Shown: positions 54,410 to 64,000 of the stretch, piece after piece
Numbering within the stretch: the stretch's first letter is position 1
Layout of the letters: each line of letters opens with the position of its first letter
Source of the DNA: Leptospira biflexa
GTDB taxonomy: Bacteria; Spirochaetota; DYNZ01
Length of the DNA: 64,000 bases
Reading direction: 5' to 3'
NCBI GenBank assembly: GCA_020720805.1
Contig: DYNZ01000002.1
Location: 1,861-65,860, forward strand
The notes under the pieces: generated by a model
Database searches by the model: none
Told to the model about the DNA's origin: nothing
What the model saw: the letters and a program-made list of their open reading frames with translations, nothing else
Program-made: the position numbers and the translations under genes

Positions 54410-54700
54410 ATGATTTGTCATTTTTGCCAGACAGATTTGAGTCAGATTTTGCCGGAGCGAGGTGCGATTCCCCGTTATGCCAGTTGTCCAAAATGTCACC
54501 GCGATGTAAAAGTGTGTTTGAATTGTCGCCATTTTGATAGAGCTTCTTACAATGAATGCCGTGAAACATCGGCACCAAGGGTCACAGATAAAGAGAAGGC
54601 TAACCATTGTGATTTTTTCCAACCTGGTAGCGGCAATCAGAGTCATAAAAATGAAGATAAAAAAGTGCAAAAAGATTTTAATCAACTTTTTAAATCATAA
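54410..54700 (+). CDS. Small 8-cysteine (CxxC x3 + 2) putative zinc-ribbon protein, function unknown
   Basis: 96 aa; C3/C6, C26/C29, C36/C39, C50, C67; tightly packed between ispF and uvrA. Confidence 0.5.
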   Translation: MICHFCQTDLSQILPERGAIPRYASCPKCHRDVKVCLNCRHFDRASYNECRETSAPRVTDKEKANHCDFFQPGSGNQSHKNEDKKVQKDFNQLFKS

Positions 54701-54764
54701 AGCTACGTTAGCGCAAGGATAAAACGCCTGCGTACACGAAGCGTTACGACGAATTTGGTGAAAT

Positions 54765-57608
54765 ATGGCATTAGACCGCATAATTGTTCAGGGCGCTCGT
54801 GAGCATAACCTTAAAAATATTTCTTTAGAGATTCCTCGGGAAAAGTTAGTTGTGATTACTGGCCTATCAGGATCGGGCAAATCAAGTCTGGCGTTTGACA
54901 CGATATATGCGGAAGGTCAGCGCCGTTACGTGGAAAGTCTTTCTGCTTACGCCCGTCAATTTCTTGGACAAATGGAAAAGCCGGATGTGGATTCAATTGA
55001 TGGCCTATCGCCAGCGATTGCCATAGAACAAAAAAGTTCGCATCGGAATCCACGTTCAACTGTTGGCACTGTTACGGAAATTTATGATTATCTTCGTCTT
55101 CTATATGCGCGTATAGGTAAGGCCTATTGTCCTTCCTGCTCAAAACCTATCCAATCCCAGAGCGTGGATCAAATTATTAATTTATGCATGGCTTTTCCGG
55201 AAGGACGCAAGCTGCAGATCCTGTCGCCTATAGTACGTGGTCGCAAGGGAGAGTTTACAGAAATTTTAGAAAAGATCCGCAAAGAAGGATTTGTCCGTGT
55301 ACGCATCGATGGTGCTATTTTTGATCTGCAGGAAAGTTCTGATTTTCAAATACAAAAAAACAAAAAGCATAATATTGATATCATCATTGACAGGCTCATA
55401 ATCAAAGAGGGGGTGCGGGCGCGATTGGCAGATTCAATCGAAATTGCCCTCGATAAAGCCGGTGGCAATATGCTCTTGCTAGCGCAGAAAGAAGGCAGTG
55501 CCGGCGAGTGGGAAGAGAAATTTTTTTCTACGTTGATGTCATGCCATGAGTGCGGAATCTCCTTTCCGGTTTTGGAGCCGCGTAGCTTTTCTTTTAACTC
55601 CCCTCATGGTGCTTGTCAGGAGTGTGACGGCCTTGGAGTTCTGTTGGATTTTGATCCCCAGTTGATTGTTACTGATTCAGAACTTTCTGTGCTTGAAGGC
55701 GCTGTGCGTCCATGGGGAACGCCACCTCTGGCTCCCTGGTATCAGAACTCCTATCGTGCTCTAGCAAGGCATTACCAATTTAAGCCGGATCTACCATGGA
55801 AAAAACTTCCTAAGAAATATCAGGAGATGGTCCTTTTCGGGAATGGCGACGAGAAAATTCTGTATAAATGGGAGGATCATAATCGATCCTTTGAAATGAA
55901 GAGGCCGTTTGAAGGAGTGATACCAAATTTGCGCCGGCGCTATAAAGAGACAAAATCTGAAAGTATGCGTGAAGAATTTGATAAATATATCACGACTAGT
56001 TCCTGTCATGCGTGTAAAGGAGAGCGTTTGCAACCCTTTCCTGCGGCAGTGCGTATCTCAGAAAAAACAATTACGGAGATCTCTGATTTTAGTATTAGCG
56101 ACGCTCTTTATTTTTTTAACAATCTCTTGCTGGATGAGGTACAGGCAAAAATTGCCAGAGATATCATTAAAGAGATTAAAAATCGTTTATCCTTTTTAGA
56201 GAATGTAGGCTTATCCTATCTCACCATGTCACGGGCGGCGGGAACACTCTCTGGCGGCGAAGCCCAGCGCATTCGGCTGGCTACCCAGATAGGTTCGCAA
56301 TTGATGGGAGTGCTCTATATCCTGGACGAGCCAAGCATAGGTCTGCATCAACGTGACAACGATAAGCTTCTTGCTACTTTAAAGGGGCTGCGCGACCTCG
56401 GGAATACCGTTTTGGTTGTCGAGCATGACCAGGACACGATGGAACAATCTGATTATATTATCGACTTAGGCCCCGGTGCCGGCATTCATGGTGGATTTCT
56501 GGTTGCATTCGGAACTCCTAACGATATTAAAAATGAAAAGAAATCTCTGACTGGTCAATATTTGCGAGGTGACAGAAAGATCAGTCAGCCTGAAAATCGG
56601 AGAAAAGGGACAGGAAAATTTATTGAAATTATAGGGGCTCGCGAAAATAACCTAAAGAATCTTTCAGTCAAAATTCCTCTGGGAGAATTTGTCTGTATCA
56701 CAGGAGTTTCTGGTTCAGGAAAATCAACCTTAATAAACGAAATTCTATATAAACGCAGCAGTCGAATCTTAATGCGATCTTTTCTAAAAGAAGGAAAAGT
56801 GAACGATATCAAAGGATTGGAATATCTTGACAAAGTTATTGATATCGATCAAAGTCCGATTGGTAGGACTCCGCGTTCCAATCCGGCGACTTATACTGGA
56901 TTATTTACCCCAATACGCGATATGTTTGCACGATTGCCTGAATCCAAGCTGCGCGGTTACCAGTCGGGTCGTTTTTCATTTAACGTAAAGGGAGGTCGAT
57001 GTGAAACATGCGAAGGGGATGGTATCAAACGAATTGAGATGCATTTTTTGCCGGATGTCTATGTAACCTGCGAGGTGTGTCATGGCAAACGATACAATCA
57101 AGAAACGCTGGAAGTGCGTTACAAAGGAAAATCTATTTATGATATATTGGAGATGAATGTTGAGGAGGCTTTGACTTTTTTTGAAGCCATACCTTCAATA
57201 AAAAATAAGCTGCTTTTACTGTCTGAGGTGGGGTTAGATTACATCAAATTGGGACAGGCTGCCACTACCTTATCAGGCGGCGAGGCACAGCGCATCAAGT
57301 TGTCCACGGAGTTGGCCAAACGTAGCACAGGCAAAACCCTCTACATTCTTGACGAGCCAACCACAGGACTGCATTTTGAGGACATACGAAAGCTTCTCAT
57401 AGTCTTAAATCGGTTGGTAGATCAGGGTAATACAGTTGTCATTATCGAGCATAATCTTGATGTGATTAAAAATGCGGATTGGATTATCGACCTTGGTCCT
57501 GAGGGCGGCGAAAAGGGCGGAACTCTCGTCTGCTGCGGAACGCCTGAGGACGTGGCTGCTTTTCAGGGATCCTATACCGGTCATTATTTAAAAAAGATAT
57601 TGAGATAA
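54765..57608 (+). CDS. uvrA: Excinuclease ABC subunit A
   Basis: Two ABC ATPase modules ([18 protein letters not shown]), zinc fingers, 947 aa. Confidence 0.97.
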   Translation: MALDRIIVQGAREHNLKNISLEIPREKLVVITGLSGSGKSSLAFDTIYAEGQRRYVESLSAYARQFLGQMEKPDVDSIDGLSPAIAIEQKSSHRNPRSTVGTVTEIYDYLRLLYARIGKAYCPSCSKPIQSQSVDQIINLCMAFPEGRKLQILSPIVRGRKGEFTEILEKIRKEGFVRVRIDGAIFDLQESSDFQIQKNKKHNIDIIIDRLIIKEGVRARLADSIEIALDKAGGNMLLLAQKEGSAGEWEEKFFSTLMSCHECGISFPVLEPRSFSFNSPHGACQECDGLGVLLDFDPQLIVTDSELSVLEGAVRPWGTPPLAPWYQNSYRALARHYQFKPDLPWKKLPKKYQEMVLFGNGDEKILYKWEDHNRSFEMKRPFEGVIPNLRRRYKETKSESMREEFDKYITTSSCHACKGERLQPFPAAVRISEKTITEISDFSISDALYFFNNLLLDEVQAKIARDIIKEIKNRLSFLENVGLSYLTMSRAAGTLSGGEAQRIRLATQIGSQLMGVLYILDEPSIGLHQRDNDKLLATLKGLRDLGNTVLVVEHDQDTMEQSDYIIDLGPGAGIHGGFLVAFGTPNDIKNEKKSLTGQYLRGDRKISQPENRRKGTGKFIEIIGARENNLKNLSVKIPLGEFVCITGVSGSGKSTLINEILYKRSSRILMRSFLKEGKVNDIKGLEYLDKVIDIDQSPIGRTPRSNPATYTGLFTPIRDMFARLPESKLRGYQSGRFSFNVKGGRCETCEGDGIKRIEMHFLPDVYVTCEVCHGKRYNQETLEVRYKGKSIYDILEMNVEEALTFFEAIPSIKNKLLLLSEVGLDYIKLGQAATTLSGGEAQRIKLSTELAKRSTGKTLYILDEPTTGLHFEDIRKLLIVLNRLVDQGNTVVIIEHNLDVIKNADWIIDLGPEGGEKGGTLVCCGTPEDVAAFQGSYTGHYLKKILR

Positions 57609-57622
57609 TTTCTGGAAGTAAT

Positions 57623-60241
57623 ATGAAACCAGAATGGAGAATCGGATGGATCATACTGTTGCAATTGGCATGGATCAATTTTTTTACTTCTGCACTGCTA
57701 ATGGCAAGTAATTCTGATTCGAAATCTGAAAAAAGCAACGACAAACAAATCGCACAAAAGGCTCTATTACCGGAATTCCTACGCGAAGGGAACAAGCAGG
57801 AAATCATACCTGATATTGTTCTGGAATCAGCGGATCTGGGAAAATACATCCAATTAAAAATGCAGGAACAGGGGATTTTAAAACTGTATGGTCGCATCAA
57901 GCTGCGCATTCGGGAAAGGATCCTCTATGCTGACCAGATTACCATTAATATGGATAGCGGTGAAATTTTTGCTCCGGGGCTTGTGAAAATAGAAGAAAAG
58001 AGTTCATTTATCTTTGGTAAAGATTTTTATTATAGCAGAAAGCAAAATCAGGCAATTTTTTATGAGATCAAGGCTTTCTTTAAGCCATTCTATTTCGATG
58101 GGAGTCTGGCGCGCAAGGTAAATGATGAGCTAACTATTGTAGAGAAAGGTAAGCTAACAACATGTGACTTGGATTGTCCCCACTACTATTATCAGGTAAA
58201 AAAAATTTGGGTGTATGCGGATCGAAAAATATTTGCGACCGATATCTGGATGTATGTTGGTAACTCTCCGATTTTTTACTTTCCTTTTATATATCAGACA
58301 CGCGAGGGTAGCGGTATTATAACGCAGTTTGGCTATACGGATCGACGCGGTGCATATATCCAAAACACAGTTAATCTTTCTTTTAAAATTCCAAAGATAA
58401 CTTCTCTCTCCATTGGGAATGCGACGGAAAAGGATACCAAAGCTGGGAATTCACAGGAAATTCTACATAGTAAGTGGATGGTTGATTATTATCAGCGTAT
58501 GGGGCAATATTTTGCCCTCTGGACAAATGTAAAATCGGGAATCCTGAAATTTGACAATAGGATTGGTATTGCGAATCATTATCCTGTCGATTATGACGCA
58601 AATCTGGTGAGATTTAAGAATATTACTGAAAGCTCAGACTACCGGCAGAGCGTGCATGACCAGGAGGGTGGTAGGCTTTTGAACCTGGACTCCCAGCAGT
58701 GGGTTAGCTTGATATCCAAATTGGATTACAACTTTATGGTTGATCCTCTCGGTGCGCATTCCATTAGTTATGATGTTACCTGGTATTCGCATGCTTACAT
58801 GTATCCTTTTTTTGAAAAGAGGTTTGAGCCGGACTCCACGGCTATGATGCTGCAATCGCTATTTGTTCCTCAATCTTGGAATACACCTATCCAATCCCTG
58901 AAATGGTACGGCAGTTACCAGCACAAAGGTGTAAATACCCATTTTCTTGTCTACCTGCAGCGATACTGGCAATGGGATCAAAGTAAAACGTTTCTGGATA
59001 AGGATGCATCCTATCTGCCCAAAGATGAAATTGTGCCGGCATTACAGTACCAGTGGCATGACCAGGTTGCCTTTGATAAAGGAGGGTATTTTAAAGCACT
59101 TTACAATATTGGCGCGAGCTGGAATCATCAAAAAAATTATGATATTTATGGTAATAAATTTCAGGAAATGTGGCAGGCAAATGGTCAGGCTGATTTATCG
59201 CTGCCAATGTCATTTTTTCGCCAATTGATGTTGTTGAATCCGAAACTGTCCTATGGCCTTAAAATGCAGGAAAATATAGATCCTACAGAATCACAGAAGC
59301 TGGAGGCTAACCGAAATAGTTACCATTTCGCTGAAGTCGGTATGCAGGCAAAATGGGGACCGGCGGATTACAATTTCCAAATCGAATACCAGCTTCAGAG
59401 AACCTTTGCAGAGGGATTGGTGGAAGCCCCTTTTTACAGTTATCGAAAACATCAATTATCTTATACCCTTATGGTAGCGCCATTGCAAGATTTTTATCTG
59501 ACAGCTTCCGGCGCTTACGATTTGCGGGACGGTTATTACAGGGAGGAGGATAAATGGCAGGATTTGGTAATTAAGGGGCATTGGATTCTAAATTTTATAA
59601 ATTTTAATAATCCGGTCATGATAGATTTTTACAAAAAATACAGGCTAATTTTTTCTCGCATCCATTTTATCAATAATTATAACTACATACTAAAAACGCA
59701 GAAACACGGGATCAATGATTTATCCATGAAATATGAATTAGGAAATTTTTACAGTTCCTGGATTGACCATTGGGAGCTTTTCTCCTTTGGTTTGCGTTGG
59801 TATCATGATTTTCAAAACCGTTTTCGAGATCGGATATTTGCTACCTGGGAGACAAAGGTTCGTTTTTTTCAGCATTGGAAGCTGACGGCTGGCGGAAACT
59901 CCATTCTTGAACAGGTGTACCGCTACTTAAACAAAGATGTGGCGCCTTCAACCGATATCATACAATCTTTGAATCTTTTTTCTGCGGATGAACGGAGCCA
60001 GGCTCTCTTTCGTGTCCAAAAGATTTATGCAGAGCTATCCCATGATCTACACTGCTGGGAAATGACTTTCGGCTGGTCTATGGTTCATAACCTACAGCCG
60101 TTTGGTCTAAATCTGAACCATCGTCTCTCATTTTATGAACATGTTGTCTATTTCTCCTTTCGCAGTAAAGATCTGCAAGATGTTGGAATACCTCAAAGCG
60201 ATATCTATCGGCGCAAGCCAGACCCTGATGCTTATCAATAA
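57623..60241 (+). CDS. lptD: LPS-assembly outer membrane protein LptD-like
   Basis: Signal peptide; TTCDLDCPHYY and SPIFYFPFIY..R.GSG motifs resembling LptD FTSC / PxFYSPY regions; aromatic-rich beta-barrel-type C-terminal 600 aa. Confidence 0.55.
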   Translation: MKPEWRIGWIILLQLAWINFFTSALLMASNSDSKSEKSNDKQIAQKALLPEFLREGNKQEIIPDIVLESADLGKYIQLKMQEQGILKLYGRIKLRIRERILYADQITINMDSGEIFAPGLVKIEEKSSFIFGKDFYYSRKQNQAIFYEIKAFFKPFYFDGSLARKVNDELTIVEKGKLTTCDLDCPHYYYQVKKIWVYADRKIFATDIWMYVGNSPIFYFPFIYQTREGSGIITQFGYTDRRGAYIQNTVNLSFKIPKITSLSIGNATEKDTKAGNSQEILHSKWMVDYYQRMGQYFALWTNVKSGILKFDNRIGIANHYPVDYDANLVRFKNITESSDYRQSVHDQEGGRLLNLDSQQWVSLISKLDYNFMVDPLGAHSISYDVTWYSHAYMYPFFEKRFEPDSTAMMLQSLFVPQSWNTPIQSLKWYGSYQHKGVNTHFLVYLQRYWQWDQSKTFLDKDASYLPKDEIVPALQYQWHDQVAFDKGGYFKALYNIGASWNHQKNYDIYGNKFQEMWQANGQADLSLPMSFFRQLMLLNPKLSYGLKMQENIDPTESQKLEANRNSYHFAEVGMQAKWGPADYNFQIEYQLQRTFAEGLVEAPFYSYRKHQLSYTLMVAPLQDFYLTASGAYDLRDGYYREEDKWQDLVIKGHWILNFINFNNPVMIDFYKKYRLIFSRIHFINNYNYILKTQKHGINDLSMKYELGNFYSSWIDHWELFSFGLRWYHDFQNRFRDRIFATWETKVRFFQHWKLTAGGNSILEQVYRYLNKDVAPSTDIIQSLNLFSADERSQALFRVQKIYAELSHDLHCWEMTFGWSMVHNLQPFGLNLNHRLSFYEHVVYFSFRSKDLQDVGIPQSDIYRRKPDPDAYQ

Positions 60242-60285
60242 GCACTTAAAATAGGGAATTTGAAAAAAAACTGAGGAAAAAAAGT

Positions 60286-60302
60286 TGTCAATTCACTTGA
60301 CA
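60286..60302 (+). promoter_or_regulatory. Perfect palindrome TGTCAA-TTCAC-TTGACA (operator-like; its 3' half is a consensus -35 hexamer)
   Basis: Read directly. Confidence 0.45.
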
Positions 60303-60680
60303 TGGAAAAGACCGATCCTGTCATTATCCCTACCAGACATATTATACCGAAAAGAAATTGGTTTTTCGACTCACACGAAGTGAGGAGTGCGAAGAGCAGG
60401 ATTGCTCGAGTGTCGATTTTGCCAGGACGGCAAAAAATCGACCCGGATTTGACAGGGCAGCTTTATGTGACCTCCTGTCACAGCTGCATGAGTTACATCC
60501 TGTAACTCAGATGTCAAAAATCTGGCTCCATGGCATCGCTTCCTTTTTGTATTTTATTATTCGGAAGCGATACGCACGTTGGGCGGCATCGCCCTGGGAA
60601 ACCAAATCTGCTAGGATAACTACGCCAGAAAGTGCAAAAAGCACTTTCTTTGCAGTATAAAAAGAGAAGCGAGGGAAAGT

Positions 60681-60896
60681 ATGATGTTTAATGATATACT
60701 TTCTAATCCAGACGAAGAGTGGGAAGATGAAGAATTAGATGACGAAAATAGCCGTCAGGTGATGGCTAGTTACGCATGTGAAGAGTGCGATTACAGATGG
60801 GATGTCATGGAAGAGAACCGCGAATATAGCGGTGAAGATTACGCTGAGGATACCGTTTGCCCCATGTGCGGCTCCACCTATGTAACGCAGATCTAA
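60681..60896 (+). CDS. Acidic FmdB-like zinc-ribbon protein (CxxC..17..CxxC)
   Basis: 71 aa; N-terminal D/E-rich 25 aa then YACEECDYRWDV...CPMCGSTYV. Confidence 0.5.
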   Translation: MMFNDILSNPDEEWEDEELDDENSRQVMASYACEECDYRWDVMEENREYSGEDYAEDTVCPMCGSTYVTQI

Positions 60897-60957
60897 CTTT
60901 TTTTCTCATGTGTCCTAACGGAGTCACTATCCACAGAGGAATACGGCATCATTTGAT

Positions 60958-61245
60958 ATGACCTTTAGACTGTTCATTATTAGTCTCATGGCAATCCTGG
61001 CTTTTTACCATATTGCCGTTAATTCTCATCCCGTTTCTTTTACCATTCTTTGGCAGACGAGTACACTGCCTCTTTCTTTGATTACTCTTTTCTCTATGAG
61101 TTTTGGCGCACTTTTTGGAATTTTATATCTAAGTTTCGTCCGTTCCAATCAGGGAAAGAAACGCCGATTCAAAGAGTTGGAAAAAGCCCATAAAGAGCAG
61201 AACCATCCTGTTGTGGTTCAAAAAGCGGATAAAAACGTAAAATAA
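60958..61245 (+). CDS. LapA-like (DUF1049-type) inner membrane protein
   Basis: 95 aa, two TM helices then basic/coiled tail (KKRRFKELEKAHKEQ), matches LapA/YciS architecture. Confidence 0.5.
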   Translation: MTFRLFIISLMAILAFYHIAVNSHPVSFTILWQTSTLPLSLITLFSMSFGALFGILYLSFVRSNQGKKRRFKELEKAHKEQNHPVVVQKADKNVK

Positions 61246-61291
61246 GCTCCACTATCACAAGAAGCGACTGATCCATTTTGGATGCAAAGGA

Positions 61292-64000
61292 TACCAGGAA
61301 ATGGCTCAATATCCAACGAGTACAGGGCAGCCAAATCTGGATACGCCTATGATGACGCAGTATCGGGAGATAAAATTACAGTTTCCTGATGCGATTTTGT
61401 TCTTTCGGATGGGCGATTTTTATGAGATGTTTTTTGAAGACGCCCAGTGCGCCGCGCCCTTGATGGAGATCGCTCTGACCGAGAGACAAAAGGGTGTACC
61501 CATGGCCGGCATCCCCTTTCATGCGGCAGAATCTTATATACGCAAACTCATCGTTCACGGAAAAAAAATTGCGATTTGTGAACAGTTGGAAACAAAGCCT
61601 CTAAAAGGGGAAAAAATCGTCCGACGGGAAGTAGTTAGGGTAGTTACCCCGGGCACATACCTGGATGAGCTTAGCCAGGAGAGCTACCTGGCCAGTCTGC
61701 TTTTTCTTGAAAATGACCTTCATGTAGTTTTGTGTGATATCTCCACCGGCGTTTTGCTGCGAAAAAGTCTGCCTGTTTCTACAGAGGCGGGCAGGGATTA
61801 TCTTTCCCATTTGCGAACCCTTTTTATGCAATACTCAATTCGGGAGGTTCTTGTTGGGGGGGACTTTTGGCAGCAGGCGTTATCGGAAAGAGTTGAATTT
61901 TTTCAGGAGATGAAAGTTTTCGTCAATCAAATTGACGATTGGATTTTGGAAGAAAATTATATCGAAAGGATCATTCTGGAGTTTTTTGGGGTGGTTTCGC
62001 TGCAGGCAGTTTTTCCGGAGGGGCGCGATATACATAGGGGCGCTGCCGGATCCCTCGCAGCTCTTTTGCATTATCTTAGGGAGACGCAAAAATTTTTACT
62101 GCCGCACATTCGCATCCCGCGCAACCTTGTAGACGAGGGGATTCTGTTTCTCGATGAGAATGCCATTCGCTCTCTGGATCTGGTAGAAAACCAGAGTGAA
62201 GGAGGGGTAAAGGCAACTCTGTTTGGAGCCATGGACAGAACCCGTACACCAATGGGTCGTAGATTGTTGAAATGGTCCATCTTGAATCCCCTTCGTTCCG
62301 AACCTGAGATTCTGCAACGGCAAACGCTGGTCGGTTATCTCCTGGAGAGGCAGGATGTCGCCCGCCAAATCCAGGAAAAATTAGAGAACATCCGTGATCT
62401 GGAAAAATTATTGGGAAAAATTGCCGCCTCACGGGCGGTACCCAAGGATATGGGGCTTTTGCGGGACTCTCTGGCTGAATCCCTAAAGCTGTCGGCTCTG
62501 TTGGTCCAGGATCCCTATTGGCGCGAAAAACTGCCGGGTGCCATATCGCTGTCAGATCAGGATGCTGAGTTGCTCCGCTCCCTGGGGCAATATTTGCAGG
62601 AGCTCTTTGTGGAGGAGATGCCTTTTCAGTTTGAAAAGCCGATGATCCGTTCGGAATATTGTGAACAGGTTCGCTATTTAAGGCAGTTAGCCCAAAATAG
62701 CCAGGATTGGCTGCAAAGGTACCAAGAGGAGCAGCGTCAGGCCACTGGTATCAACACTCTCAAGGTCAAGTACAACCGGGTTTTTGGCTTTTTTATAGAG
62801 ATGACCCGAGCCCAGGCAGAACAGGTACCTGCATCTTATATGCGTAAGCAGACCTTGGTAAACGCTGAACGTTTCACCACCCCTGAGCTCAATGATTATG
62901 AAAGGGATGTTGTCAGTGCAGAGCAGCGATTGTTATCCCGGGAGAAGGAGTTGTTCGATGAAGCGGTACAGCGCGTACTTGCACTCGGTGCACACATCCA
63001 GCAGCTGGCGCGTCTGGTGGCATTTTGTGATCTCATTCTATCTTTTGCCCAAAGCGCCCAGGAAAACAGCTATTGCGCACCCAAACTGGTATCCGAGCCT
63101 GTTTTGCGTATCATCGATGGCCGCCATCCCGTGGTGGAGCAGTTTCTGCATCGAGGCGATTTTGTCTCCAATGATCTGATTCTCAATGGCCAGGATCGCC
63201 AACTCGCTTTGATCACCGGGCCAAATATGGCTGGAAAATCCACTTATATTAGACAGAATGCCCTAATAACCCTTATGGCGCATATAGGTTCCTTTGTACC
63301 TGCCAGGGAGGCGGTAATCGGGTTATGCGACCGTATTTTTACCAGAATTGGATCCGGGGATAACCTGACTCGTGGGCAATCTACCTTTTTGGTTGAAATG
63401 CAGGAAACCGCTGCCATCTTAAACCATTTTACGAGGAATAGTTTGTTGATTCTGGATGAGATTGGACGGGGAACCTCCACCTATGATGGTCTGGCAATTG
63501 CCTGGAGTATTATGGAGTATCTCTCGCGTAGGGAAACATGGCAGCCGCGCCTGCTTTTTGCCACCCATTTTCATGAATTGACTGTTTTAGCTAACCAGTA
63601 CGGGGTGTTTAACCTCACCCTGCGCATTGATGAGACAAAAAAAGGGCTCCGTTTTCTGCGCCGTGTGATCGATGGCGCAGCGGATCGCTCCTACGGGGTA
63701 CAGGTGGCCAGGTTGGCTGGTCTGCCCGGAGCAGTGATCCGGCGTGCTACTGCTATATTAAACCATCTGGAGACGAATCAGGTCGCCTCGCAACAGCGGG
63801 AGCTGTTTGTGAATCTCAAGAGCGCTGGAGAGTCAATGATACCAGGAATTGGTATGCCAGAGCCGGTAGTAGAGAGACAGGAGAGCCTCCGTTTGAAGCA
63901 GGAAGATCTTCTTTCAGAGATCGAGCAGACCGATGTGAACAGCCTGACCCCTGTCGAAGCCCTTCGTCTCCTTGACAGGTGGCAGCGGAGACTGCGAGGA
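61292..64000 (+). CDS. mutS: DNA mismatch repair protein MutS, 3'-truncated by window edge
   Basis: TPMMTQYREIKLQFPDAILFFRMGDFYEMFFEDA N-terminus; Walker A ITGPNMAGKSTYIRQ at 63212; frame open to nt 64000 (absent from ORF track because no stop). Confidence 0.93.

Noticed and set aside
60302-60660. Two small + strand ORFs (67 and 100 aa)
   Set aside because: They have no RBS, low-complexity composition and no motifs. The region is better explained as structured non-coding sequence (see finding).
1-64000. Search for CRISPR arrays, IS elements, integrases, toxin-antitoxin or defence islands
   Set aside because: I saw no periodic short repeats, no transposase- or integrase-like ORFs, and no strand switches or gaps that could hold them. 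The PIN domain is part of conserved YacL, not a TA toxin.

Overview
This 64-kb window is coded entirely on the + strand and looks like conserved core genome of a diderm (Gram-negative-type) bacterium. LptD, LapA, a secretin and the beta-prime SI3 insertion are all present. I cannot assign the lineage from sequence alone.

Gene order, 5' to 3':
(1) 1-10.9 kb: a complete type II secretion system cluster. gspD is cut at the window edge, followed by gspE-F-G, four minor pseudopilins H-I-J-K, gspL, gspM and one further membrane-anchored component.
(2) tRNA-Thr(GGU) and tRNA-Trp(CCA), then secE-nusG-rplK-rplA-rplJ-rplL, an attenuator hairpin, and rpoB-rpoC.
(3) The str operon rpsL-rpsG-fusA-tuf.
(4) The S10-spc-alpha ribosomal cluster, rpsJ through rplQ (27.6-41.7 kb). 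It has no adk or map after secY, no rpsD before rpoA, and a zinc-type (type Z) S14. This is a Firmicutes/spirochaete-like arrangement.
(5) scpA-scpB, pheA-tyrA-aroA-cmk-rpsA, a membrane-anchored TPR protein, hisG and trxA.
(6) A long AT-rich regulatory region, then carD, a membrane PIN-TRAM protein (YacL-like), ispD and ispF.
(7) A small 8-Cys protein, uvrA, lptD, a short locus and mutS. The short locus holds an operator-like palindrome, about 350 nt of structured non-coding DNA, an acidic FmdB-like zinc-ribbon protein and a LapA-like protein. mutS runs off the 3' edge.

I found no CRISPR array, transposase, integrase, phage genes or recognisable defence genes. I do not see a discrete, clearly novel multi-gene system in this window, and I prefer to say so rather than invent one. 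The most check-worthy items are:
- MshEN-type (candidate c-di-GMP-binding) motifs in the GspE N-terminus.
- The phased TTTATAA repeats and promoter in the 335-bp region upstream of carD.
- The unassigned 8-Cys protein between ispF and uvrA.
- The palindrome, structured-RNA candidate and acidic zinc-ribbon gene between lptD and mutS.

All coordinates come from reading the sequence and the ORF track. Homology calls rest on motifs I recognise by eye, not on database searches.
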